This document shows positions 26,511 through 38,635 of a stretch of DNA of 64,000 nt, one piece after another; within the stretch, counting starts at the first letter, position 1, and every line of letters begins with the position of its first letter. The notes under the pieces were generated by a model. That model saw nothing but the letters and a program-made list of their open reading frames with translations, did no database searches and was not told the DNA's origin. A program made the translations under genes and the position numbers. Location: positions 5,890,001-5,954,000 of the forward strand of contig JAQFVV010000009.1 of assembly GCA_028023455.1 (NCBI GenBank), written 5' to 3'. Source of the stretch: Epiperipatus broadwayi (Eukaryota > Animalia > Onychophora).

Positions 26511-28452
26511 TTACACTGTACCGGATGAAAGATTTTTTCGTATATCCTGACCACGAGGGCGCCACTAGTCCGAAAATCGGAACTAGACATTTATTTTAAG
26601 GGTGGGCAGGATATATGAACATGAATGTGCCGGACTAAACCCAGGGAGAGTAAAAGCTCATGAATGTTGTTTAGACAATTGAAGAAACACTGAGACAAAC
26701 ATCAGCCAAAATAATTGCAAGAACTTTTTTTAATTTATTAAACAATAACAAAATAAACATGAGAACTTGATCTAAATTTTCTTAGCAGATCTTAACATTG
26801 AGTGTATGCGAGCATTAATACGTTAAATACCCAGGCAGACAAGTTCATTTCTCATCTATAACATAATAAGGGCTTTTATCTTCCTGCTAGCAGTTCACCC
26901 AACCAATTCCATTTTCCCTATAGAGATTTAGTAAGATGGATGCTTGTGGAGAACAACGGGACAGTGCAGACTAGCTTTTCTTAGTCCAGAAAAGAAACGT
27001 CGGAACCAAGAATGTCCTAATTCTGCAAAACGCTCATGGACAAGTACGTTTAAATGAGCCAAGGTTAGTCTCACACAAGAAAAGTAACATTATGAACTAC
27101 GTAATCTGAGTTATAGAAAATAAATCTCTACCAAGAAAACAAAATCCTATATCCTCTAAACCGCCAGCTAAAGGATCAGTGGTCTGCAGAAACGCAAACC
27201 AAGTTTGATTAAGTTTAACGACAAAGCAAACAAACAAACAAAAAAAACAAAATAAAACAGGAGAGTAAAAGAAAACTACTAAGATCAGTCTGAGTATTTA
27301 TCAAGAGTTAATCATAGGACTGAGAAAATATTAAGCATATAAAATATCACTCACCATACACTCTCAAATAAGTAATATTTTTAAGATGGAAAAATCTTGC
27401 TACTAAGATTGTAATGTAAAAATAAAATAAAAAAACCAATACATTAATATGTAAGTTGATAAATTACATGTCATAAATATAATTTCTTTTTAAGATTAAG
27501 CTGAGATTTGCTAGAGACTTAATTAGAGATTTAGCCCTGATTTTGATATGGAAAAGTAAGTTACCTCGAGGTAATATTAATTTCTGCTGTTCACACAAAG
27601 TTCAGTTTATAGAGTCCTATACAATGGCTGTCATTTACTACAGGTTCAGAAGAATGGAGGCACTATCGGGATCCGCTCTGGACTTGACACTTAGGTCATG
27701 ATTGAAGTCACAATTTGGAGCTCCGGAGGTTCATCTTTGGAAAGGCTCAGCCCATCATGTTGTGGAGATTCTTCATGGTGTATATTATAGGCATGGAGTC
27801 TGAATGGCTGCTACTATCATGGCAAATAGAATTATTGTCGGTCAATGGAAATTCAACTTGGTGATTCTCATGGAACAAATATCAAATAAAAATTAGAATC
27901 ACTTTAACGATGCAGCAGTTCAATAACAGCTAAAATCTGGATGAATCCTCAATCAAGAAGCTGAATAAGCTGAGCAAAAAGAACTGAATGACGAGAATAA
28001 TCTCTCTAAATAATCTGATAAGACAAAAAAAAGTCCAGAGCTATTTATTTCCATTGTTATCTCCCACACAATCTTCTTTTTTTTTTTAACTTTCAACCAG
28101 GGTAAATCTCTATCTCCCACTCAATCTTAATTAGAAAAACAATATCTTATAGGGCTTTATCTTACAAAATTATTATTATTACTTTTTTTTTTCAAAAAAA
28201 ACAAAAACATATCAAACTAAACCTCAGCTTTAAAATAAATCAACATTAAATTTTTTTAGTTTTTTTTAAATAAAATACTTTTATAAGAAGACTAATTAAA
28301 CTTTGCTTGCTTATAATTATTTTAAAATAAAACAAGCATCATAAAAAAAAAAATATTTTATACTAAAATCAACTGAGAATTAAAAATATAAGATTTCAAT
28401 ATAAATAGGTATGTGTGTTATTGCACATATAAAACTTGGTTTTTAATTTACA
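26509..28452 (-). mobile_element. Nested 1.94 kb solo-LTR-like insertion in the last codons of pol
   Basis: TGTTAC...TTTACA ends, ATGATG shared across both junctions (26505-10 and 28452-57). Removing it restores FKDYDGTFELDEISDSILRGRSV running into the PPT and LTR. Minus-strand AATAAA near 26735. Confidence 0.7.
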
Positions 28453-28494
28453 TGATGGAACTTTTGAATTGGATGAAATATCTGATTCAATACT

Positions 28495-28506
28495 AAGGGG
28501 AAGGAG
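28495..28506 (+). promoter_or_regulatory. Polypurine tract
   Basis: AAGGGGAAGGAG immediately before the 3' LTR. Confidence 0.9.
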
Positions 28507-28706
28507 TGTGATGTCTTATGATCCATGATGATTTGCTATCATGATGTCATTCAAGGAATGACTGTGGGACTAAATTATCATTGTCTGGGGTATTAATGTT
28601 TTGACTGTAGTTAATAAACAAATGTTAATAAATAGCGCTAAGTCGCTTTCTTAGAATCCTAACAAGTTTTTGGCTGGTTTTTATTTCTAGACACTGAAAC
28701 ACTACA
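28507..28706 (+). repeat. 3' LTR (200 bp)
   Basis: Direct repeat of 22347-22545, followed by the TSD AAAAT. Confidence 0.95.
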
Positions 28707-28989
28707 AAAATAATCATATTTTCAAAATATAAATGATTTAAGTAATCTTCATAATCTCCATTTATTTTTCTTCTCTTAGTTTCCTATAAAACTTCTGTAA
28801 AAAAAGATATATGTCCTTGTCAATGTTAATCTTCTTAGTGTCAGAATATAATTTAGTCACCACTCATACATTTTATAAATATTCAACAGAATTTGACAAT
28901 ATTTTTTGAGTCCATATCATGATGTTTCAAAATTTTAATTAGTTTAAATTTTTAGAAAGTCAAATACCTTTTCATAATCCACAAATCTA

Positions 28990-29400
28990 ACTTTAGTTGA
29001 TAACACCAACTCATTGTTTCTTTCTATAATTTTTTTTTTTAATAATGGATGTCTACAATGCCACAATCATTTTTTCATCCAGCTTATTTTCTTTTGGTTG
29101 GCATAAAGTTTTCTCTAGGTGATTTGTTATAATCTTACTAATGTGTTGTGTAGAAATAATAGGATAGAAATAGTCTGGAATTCCTAATTATATTTTTAAA
29201 TCTTCCTTAAATATCATTACTACTGCATTCTTTTAGTTATCTGGTATATCTTTATCATTAAGACATTTGATTTTAGTGCCAACAATATCTATCTAAAACA
29301 TGCTTCATTTCCTGGAACTTTCATTATTTTTATAGATTTAATTGCACCACTCAATTCTATTTAAAATGTATGACATTTCAAATGATATTGTGTGAACTAT
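28990..29400 (-). mobile_element. Decayed RTE LINE fragment
   Basis: Colinear with 59850-60240 of the RTE copy (for example ATTACTGCATTCTT...TCTTTATCATT(A/T)AGACATTTG). Confidence 0.7.
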
Positions 29401-31639
29401 TTAGTTTTCTTTTTTTAAATTTAAAACTTTATTAACACCTAGTAAAACATAAAAAAAAATGAATATTTATAATGCCTTGAAAGGCTTGTTCCACAAAATG
29501 TAATAAACTTTAACAGAATTTGTAGGAAAACAATTTTATATTATTAATCCTTAAAATATTTAATATTATTAAATTACCCACTCATGTATATACATATAAC
29601 ACTCATAAACACACAATTAGCATTATACCAGAGTTTCTGTTAGATCCCACCAGACATTTTCTAGATAACAAAATTCATTCAAGAAATTTGTAGATATTTC
29701 TGAAAAATCAGAAAACTTTATTTTAGTTTTAAAATGACTTAAAAACCTGATTTTAAATTTGTCAAACATTATAATTAAGAAATTTTTCCAATAAAATTCT
29801 GAAATAAGAGAAGTATGTGTGTATGTAGTAATAATAAATGAGAAGCTAATTTGAAACTGATGCCTATTTTGATCAATATAACTTCTGCGAATTATTCAAA
29901 CAGAAGATAGTTACAATGATGTAGAAGCACAACGGAAAGGTAAAAGAATTTTAAGTTAATGACACTTTGTTCAATGTTTTGTGAAATTTTCCTAAAACGA
30001 AGGTAAGTTACCTATATCTTTATTCATTTAGTTTAGTCACTTAAGTATTTCAATAGCCTCTCTAAATATCCCTTGATAATAGAGTTGTATCTGAAAAAGA
30101 TTTTGATATTGTTGAAATCTATATTATGAATGTTGTTTACAATGTGGAGAATGACTACTAGGATATGTGCACATACATCTTGAACATTTATTTATTTTCG
30201 AATACTTTGTGTTCAACTATTTCTAAAATTAACTTTAATATTAACAAAATATAATAAAAATAATTAAATGTTTTATATAATTTTATTAAACTTAAAATCT
30301 TATATCTCCCTTGTTCTTTTAAATACCTATCAACACATATATATTTGACAAATACTAAAACTAGAATAATTTATAATATTTCAATCTTTTTTTTTTATTT
30401 AAAATAACTTTTTCACTTAAATGTAAATAAAAGATTTCAATCTTAACAACTTTCTAAAAAATAAAATAAACAATTTTAAAATGAAAAATAACATGAAACA
30501 AATAGACATAACAGATCTCCATTTTTAAAGTCAAATTTTTGACTGCAACTATATGATTAAATTTTAAAAAATATTCTTTTAAAGATCGCGTATATGGTTT
30601 TTTTTTTTTACTTCACAGAAAAGGCTAATTATTACAATATATATATAACAATTTTATAAATATTATTTGCAACAATTCTGTTGTATATATACATTGAAAT
30701 GAGCCAGCAGTTTTACTCCACTTTTAAATACAGACAATTCTTTATCAAAATGTAAGAGAATTTAAACACTGGTAGTAATGGATGTTAGAAATAATAATTA
30801 TTTTTTAAAACTTAATATTGTAACTAATGATAGTCAGACTGAATATCCAATGATTTGCTGACCATCATTCCCATCAAACAAATCTAAATATAGAGAGAAT
30901 CTGCCTACTGCAGATATTATTTATTATTTTAAATATATGTAATACTGCGGATTATAGATTGGATTCAAATTCCTCCCTAGCTTCTTAGATGTTATCCTCT
31001 CCATTTACTCTCTACTAGCTCAAATATAAACATGGCAATGTGTCACAGAGTGTATATGATAACTATATTTGAGTTTAGAATGACAGAAGAAAAATGAACA
31101 CTTTAAATAATATAATTATAATAAAACAAAATTTATTTATAATATTTATACATCTTATATAATTTGTAGGGATGAATCCAATGCATAAAAATATATATAC
31201 TGTAATGGAACAGGATTTTACCTATTATGATAATAGGTTAGCTATGTCATCACAGTGGGTAAGAGTCTATTCAGGATCCTTGCACCTATATACCCATGTA
31301 CACTTTAACTTCATTCTGGGAGGCGAGTAGTTAATACTCAAAAATGTGTAAAATGATATACATACCCTCACCTCATATTTACCATATTTCATTTCTGATT
31401 ATTCCCAGGTTTCAAACTCAGGAAGAATCTGCATAGTCATCTAGATCAGGGTATATCAATATCAATTAAAAATGCTGGTATGCATAAACATGTGTAGGTG
31501 TATAAGGATAAGTATGAATGTGTGAAAATAAGTGTAATTGTATAACAATATATGCAAGTATATGACCAATTAAAAATTGACTATAGAAAAATACACCAAG
31601 AGTTTTTAATTTATCATTTATATATATTTAACGAATATA

Positions 31640-33589
31640 GGTAATAATATGAATACTGAACCCTACCATCTGATGGTTTCACAAAACACACATCAATATA
31701 CCGTTTTAGCAGCCTTAACTTACGGCTGACAGTACAATAGATGTTTTTTGAGCCATAGCAGGCCGCCTGAGGGTGATGTATTCTAAGATTACATAACAAA
31801 ATACTACGCCCATTGCATCGAAACAGTATTTGTCAAGTGAGCACTTTTGAATTCTCGCTACGGTTTGATTTGATGGTGGCAGTATTTGAAAGAGATGAAA
31901 CTGCAAAAATTCATTGTTGGAAATTTTTTAGAAAGCGTAGTGGAATTACTATTCCATATTAAGAATTGTCATGTCATTGCACATACTTCCCTATGCTTTT
32001 GAACTGCACACAACTTGAAAAGATTCTTCTTTTCAGCAGTTTTTTCCGATTTCGTGCACAAATGCCCCTTTACGGGAGAATCCGTGCAAGAACTGTCAAA
32101 TGTCGTCTGCAAGTTGTCCGAATTGGTCAAAGCTGAGTGAATTGCCAGCCGGCCACACAAGTGGATGCACAATATTGTGTTTTCCCAGAAAGAGAAACTC
32201 CTGCAAACGTACCTATGTAGGCCTGCGTAAGAGAAATTGTCGATTCGAAGACTCCAAAATCCCGTTACTTATAGATTTGAGGCTTCCCTGTTATTTTATT
32301 TGCGTGTTACTTTTGGCTACTGTTTTTTATGCTCTCATAAATGGTGTTTTTTTTACCTGTTTTGGTTCACAACTTGTCCAAAGTTTGTTTTCTTTTTGAT
32401 TCAATAAATTATTTTATGGGAAACTTATTGTTTTTGTTGTTCACATGATTACAAAGTAGGTATGTAATATTTGATAAGTTTATTAGCAGTTAAAGTAGGT
32501 AATATTTTATTATACCAAAAAAAAAAGAAGTGTTTAAGAGTTTATTCAAAAGGCCCCACCAAAAAAAATAAAATAATAATAAAGAACTGTGTAGTAACAT
32601 AGTAAAATGTTCAAAAAAGAAAATCCAAAAAGAATACGATAATTGAAAATCAAAACAAACCTTCCCCGCCACCCCACCTTCTCTGGCTTAAAAAAAAAGT
32701 GATCTTTAAAAATGAACTGTTTATGTCTTTTTTTAAAATTAAAGGCCCAAAAAATGAAGGAAGAACTTTTCACTATCATATAAAGCTTTCTGTAGCGTAA
32801 AGATTTGAAACAAAAAAAAAAAGCCTCGTAATAAATTAACAAAAAAAAAAAAAGACCACAATTCAAAATCAAAACAACCCCTCTCCCCTCCACCCTCTAA
32901 AAAACCAAGTGTTGGTTTATTCAAAAGTATCGAATTGTTGAAGTTTTCAGCAAATCAAAACATCAACCAAAAAAAAGAAGATAAGTTAAAAACAAACAAC
33001 CAACCCCCCCTCCTTCACCATCTAAAACAACAAAGTGTTTGTTACCGTATTTTTGTGTAAACAAACCAACAGAGCGTTAATCGATAATTTAAAAGCAAAT
33101 CAACCCCCCTATATCATCTAAAAATAAAGGGTTTGTTTCTTAAAAAAACGAACCAAAAAAAAAACCTGTGAAAAAAAAATTTGGTTTACCATAAGTAATA
33201 ATATGTAAAGAAACCTACGAACAGTTAGTCATTAATTCACAAACAAACCAACACCCCTAGACCATCTAAAAACAAAGTCTTTGTTTATTAAAAACAAAAA
33301 AAATCTGGATGGAATAAAAAAAAAACTTTGGTTGTTTACTGTCACCAAGGAAAAAAAATAAAAACGGGTTGAAAAAAAAAAATATTTTACCGTAATATTA
33401 TGTAATAAAAAAAACTTTGGTGGTTTACCGTCGCTGACGAAAAAATAATAAAAACTAGTTGAAAAAAAAAAAAACTTTCTACCATAATATTATGTGAACA
33501 AACAGACAGCCTGTGAATCAGTATATTGATGTGAATTGGGCGGAAAAGAGCACCATCAGACGGTAGGGTTCAGTATTCATACTACTACC
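31640..33589 (+). mobile_element. Merlin-like (IS1595-type) non-autonomous DNA transposon
   Basis: GG-terminated TIRs GGTA(A/G)TA(A/G)TATGAATACTGAACCCTACC(A/G)TCTGATGGT, 8 bp TSD CGAATATA/CAAATATA. Zn-ribbon remnant CPNWSKL...CKRTYVGLRK...FEDSKIPL at about 32100-32300; no DDE core. Confidence 0.65.
32480..33500 (+). repeat. Subterminal degenerate repeat array inside the Merlin-like element
   Basis: About 5-6 units of AAACAA(A/C)C-rich tract...(C)ATCTAAAA...AAAG(T/G)(G/C)TT(T/G)GTTTATT, plus repeated TTTACC(A/G)TAA motifs. Confidence 0.65.
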
Positions 33590-34069
33590 CAAATATATTT
33601 ACAATAAATACCATTTTAATAACAAAATATAAAATACTTAATTTAACATCTATGGCTATTCTTTGATTACAGTTTATTTCAATTATACCCTACAATAATA
33701 GCCATTTGATGTCCATATCCCTTTGACCCCCAGTACGACTTTTGTACAACTTTTCTAAAAATTTCTATTTTGAGCTGAGTTTACGCGTAAAAGGTAAACG
33801 TCACACATACGTGCAATATATCATTCTTTGCGCCATTTTGATATCTACCTGAAAATCTAAGAATTTTTTCTGTACGACAATTTTTAGATTTTTTATGAAT
33901 ATTTTTAGCGAAGGGTACCTAAAAAAAATTTTTTATTTTTTTTATTTTTTTCAGTTTATTTATCGTAAAAAAGTTATTCCACAATGGTTGGATCAATTAC
34001 TGAAGATTTTATTGTGATTTTCTGTTGAAGTTGTCCGTGATTCTGGGCCCTCTTCTCAAATTACGTTTT

Positions 34070-34410
34070 TGGATAACGTTCAAGGGTATGTAATTACTTT
34101 TTTATATATATATATATTTTATAAATTATAATATTTTCTATTTACTGAAACAAATAAATATGCTATAGAATAATAAATTATAATATTTTCAATTTACTGA
34201 AACAAATAAACATTTTTTGATAACATTCAAGAGTATGTAATTACTTTTTTATATATATATTTTTTTTTATAAATTATAATATTTTCTATTTACTGAAACA
34301 AATAAATATGCTATAGAATAATAAATTATAATATTTTCGATTTACTGAAACAAATAAATATGCTATAGAATAATAAATTATAATATTTTCAAATAAATAT
34401 GCTGTAGAAT
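34070..34410 (+). repeat. About 50 bp minisatellite within a higher-order duplication
   Basis: Repeated ATAAATTATAATATTTTC(T/A/G)ATTTACTGAAACAAATAAATATGCTATAGAATA; GATAAC(G/A)TTCAAG(G/A)GTATGTAATTACTTT occurs twice. Confidence 0.9.
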
Positions 34411-34582
34411 GGAAAAAAGTTGGGGACTGGGGTAATCTGTCACTGCGTGAGCTGATGCATTTTTTGGCATGATTATAAATATGAATAGTGTATCATGCAT
34501 GACCAAGTTTGAATTTATGGACGAATTATTGCATCAGTGCTAAAGTTATGACCCGCAATTGATTTGTGTCAATTTTAGGCAA

Positions 34583-34830
34583 GTAATATAGGATATTGTA
34601 TAGATTTTCTGGCTTCCTCAATCCATCCACTTATTGTTACAGTGCCATGTATTTGAACTCGGCCTTTCTTCATATTTTTTATGCAAAATAATAAATATAT
34701 TTATATACAAGTTCATGCTACACAACTGGAATTTCATGTAATATAGGATATTTTATACACACTTTCTGGCTTCATCAATCCATCCACTCTGTGTTATAGT
34801 GCCACGTATTTGAACTCAGCCTTTCTTCCA
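34583..34830 (+). repeat. Duplicated block of about 90 bp
   Basis: GTAATATAGGATATT...TTTCTGGCTTC(C/A)TCAATCCATCCACT...GTGCCA(T/C)GTATTTGAACTC(G/A)GCCTTTCTT at about 34583 and 34738. Confidence 0.85.
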
Positions 34831-35475
34831 CACATGTAATCATTGTTAATAATAATAATAAATTATCTTTATTGGTTTATTTTTATTCATTTTATTTTTT
34901 ATGAGTTTATTTATTTATTTTTGAATATACTGTTCTGTTACTTTTTTCTCCAAACCATTTCTATTGTTATAGGTACTTTTGAACAAATGGACACATCTGG
35001 CTCTAGAAGAAAAATGGACCACAGCAAGGCCGCTGTTTTAGTAATTTTCTCAGTGAAAAATTACCTCAGGTAAGACTTCCAATACATCTTTTTTTTTTGA
35101 AATTTTGTGACGGATGTGATGAAGCTGTTTATGAAATTGCCATTTTATCATTTGAATTTCAAAATTTAGGATTTGTGAATCAGTGTAAAAATAAACATTC
35201 TTAAAACTATTAAAAATATTTTTTTTTTTTAACTTTTTCTTTATGAAATGATTATTTTAACAGCTTCATTACATTCTTTCATATATGACCTTACTTTTAC
35301 AGCATGTTTTTTTTATATTTATTACATTCAAACACAAAATATCTAAGTTATTAGAGTTAGGGTAAATTTTTCTAAAAATTAACAATGGCCGCCTGGTTTT
35401 CAAAGGGATATTAACATAAATGAAATTTATTTTATAAGTATGATTGTCTAAATCATTTTTGTTTACTAAATTAGT

Positions 35476-35868
35476 ATACTGAAATTATAATGTATTTTAT
35501 TTTCATTAACTTGATAGATTAAGTTCATATCCATCATAGTGATGATATGGAATTCCCCTATTAAATAATATAATTACAATAAAGACAGGAAAGATCATTT
35601 ATAATAGAAACAATTAGTTAAGTATACTAAAAACATTTAACTACAATATTAGTATTAACAAACAAAAAAAGATATTGAAATTATAATGTATTTTATTTTC
35701 ATTAACTTGATAGATTAAGTTCATATCCATCATAGTGATAATATGGAATTCCCCTATTAAATAATATAATTACAATAAAGACAGGAAAGATTATTTATAA
35801 TAGAAACAATTAGTTAAGTATAATGAAAACATTTAACTAAAATATTAGTATTAACTAACAAAAAAAGA
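35476..35868 (+). repeat. Tandem duplication, 2 x 196 bp
   Basis: TGAAATTATAATGTATTTTATTTTCATTAACTTGATAG starts at 35480 and 35676; few substitutions. Confidence 0.95.
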
Positions 35869-38635
35869 ATAGATGACAGTGTAACTGTACAAATGTTGGG
35901 AGTAAATATGTATTGGTAAGATTAAATATGTATTAGGTATAATCTTACCTTTCCCTTGATGATCAGATTTGTAAGCAAGCAAATTCTCATCGTAAATCTA
36001 TATTTTATTTTAATTTACAATAATGGTAATAATATTTATCCCTTACATTACTATGTATTAACACTCATTTTTCCCCTTGTATCCATATTAAAGGAAAGAT
36101 GTGATAGTAGACATTTACATGAAATATATAACTAAATAAAATTCATGATGTCAGCCTAAAGGAGTTTTAAAGTTCATAAGGAAAATGCCCTAGTGAAAAA
36201 TAATAATAATCCTTATTAATCTAATCTGGGTATGGATGATAAAATGTAAGTGTTCTAGAACATCCATTAAGTCACTTGTGGAATTGTTCGATCCATTTAT
36301 TAATAGTAAATTTGATCTTTCACAGCATAGATGTTAAATACTAGGTCAACTTCATTCCAGTTTTGACAATTATATCTTCATGAGTGAAGACTTTCTTTTC
36401 CTGATATAATTTTGCAAATAGCAATGCAAGGTTGTCTGTATTGATATTTATATATTTTTACTAAAATATCTTGAAATAATTAAGAGCAATCTTTTCTTTT
36501 ACTATTAGATATCTTCATTATAAATAATTTGATCAATGATTTAGAATTAGAAACATTTTGGAGATTCAAATAATTCAAATTTACTTTTGGACATTTCACT
36601 TTTGAATTCCTCAGTTGGCTAGTTTTGATTCTATATGTTCTTTATTACTTTCTTGAATATCCAAGTAGTTATTTCTATTCCTATTTCACCTCATTGGTGG
36701 CTGGTATTTCTATTCGAATTGCAAGTTTGAATTCTCTACTTAAATTTACGCAGGTTGTTCAATCGCTGAGAAATTTTTATCTGAATTCGGAGAAGCTTGT
36801 TGGTTTTTATATTTTCTATTATTAAAATGAGGATGTTCTATTAAAGATAATTTATGACGACTATGAATACCAAGTTCGTGATTTTGATTTAGGCCAATTG
36901 TTTATGCCATTACTAGTGATTATTAAATTTAGATATATTAATAACAATAAAATTTTTGTTATTTCTTTCCTTTAAAACAATCTTTCATTTCTTGCTTGCA
37001 TTTACTCTATTTGATCATGATCATATTTCCTTGTATTGTTGTAGAGTATCAGAATTCCATCACAATTAACGAAATAATTATAATAAAGGTTGTTTGTTGT
37101 GTATGTGTTTTATACTTTAATTCAAATACTTATTTATAGTATGATTAAGTTGGAGATTAAATGTATATAACAACTAATGGTTTATCAGTTATAGTGATTC
37201 ATTTTTATTAATGTAGCGTTTAGTCAAGAATTTTATTATACTGAGTCTTGGATTCGAATTAGGCAAAAGGGTGTGTAAATGATACTGGAGGGATGTAAGG
37301 GCCACACCTTACAGTATATATATATATTTAAGCAAATATGTATCCATGTTGGAGAAAATTAATTTAATTAGATTGCATTCAACTTATGAGCCCTGATATA
37401 CTCACATCAAATTTTAAAACAATCAAATAATTCTTCATTTATATTATTATAATTAAATAATAATATTGGAAAAATAACCATAAATTGATAAATAAATGTA
37501 TAACAAAGTTATAAAAATATTGTCTATTATTAATTGAACAAGAAAACAATTTTCAATTATATTTGTTTTATCTTTCGTAATAGAAAAAAAATTCTCTTAA
37601 GAGATTAAAAAAAAAATGTATATATTCAAAGGAAAAATAAAATACTACAATTATTCACAGCATATTAATATTAACTTAATATTTGCAAAAAATATTATTA
37701 CTATTATACTTTCTTTTATAAAGGCCTTTTAATTTAAATACAAATTTATCCTACTACATCAAATTCTGATTTTATATCTTAAGAAAACATAGGTTCAAAC
37801 TTTTTTCAAAAATTGATCCATAAGACAGATTTAAGACATTATTAGACATATTTCTTGAATTATTCTCCAGCCAGATACAATGATGGTATGACAGGATTAC
37901 GCATTCATGAATAAGTAGATAGAACCCCACATGAAAGATGACAGATAATATTAATTCTATATCCTCAATGGTTAATACAGGCAGAAATGAGACAGAAGGC
38001 TATGTAATTTTAGGTTTGAATAGTGCACTAATTATATTTTATCCTATTGTAACAAGGCTTTCAGCTATTATGTAGTTTTCCATCTTAACTGTATTGACAA
38101 AATTTATAAAATATCTCTGCCATTTAAATCAGCCTAATTTTATAATGCTAATACACAGAGTTATTTACTGGTGGAAATAACCAAAGGACCTTCACAATGA
38201 AGATATTAAAGTTTTCTTAAAACAAGAAAGCTTTCTCCCCAAAGACTTTTTTCTAAACACCAAAATAAAAATAATAAAAAACTAGTGTCTTACACAACTT
38301 TTTTTCCTATGAACATCAAGAATACATGTAATAAATCCTGTAACTTTAATTTATCATTATACATTAATTTTAAACAAAGAAACAAACAAAAAAAAACCTA
38401 TTACATTCTTTTCTCTCTTCTTTAAATATATATATATAGCTTTTTGGTATAAAATGAATGAAAGAAATAACTATCTTGTGACTGTTTAGGGGAAAAAATT
38501 AATTCTGATCTGAGTACTTTTATTTATATTATTTCTTTCCTTCTTTCTTTTTATCATATTTATGTTAGTGTACAAAATATCAGACTAGCTTCATTTCTAA
38601 AAGATGTCTGAACAGATAAAATATATAATGCATAC

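Larger units (their letters stand above)
22347..28706 (+). mobile_element. Ty3/Gypsy LTR retrotransposon, Mag-like, pseudogenised
   Basis: TG..CA LTRs at 22347-22545 and 28507-28706, 5 bp TSD AAAAT on both sides, PBS, PPT, and gag-PR-RT-RH-IN domain order. Confidence 0.95.
33719..35407 (+). mobile_element. piggyBac-like non-autonomous element with ATAT TSD
   Basis: ATAT|CCCTTTGA...TCAAAGGG|ATAT, TIRs 12/15 identical. Remnant DWGNLSLRELMHFFGMIINM (with a frameshift) near 34425-34490 resembles the piggyBac W..VT..EM..FFGL.I.M motif. Confidence 0.65.

Noticed and set aside
32490-32924. Phe-rich ORFs on the minus strand
   Set aside because: Translations of the low-complexity repeat array in the Merlin-like element.
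36200-36830. Possible LINE or coding remnant
   Set aside because: No motif could be recognised with confidence.
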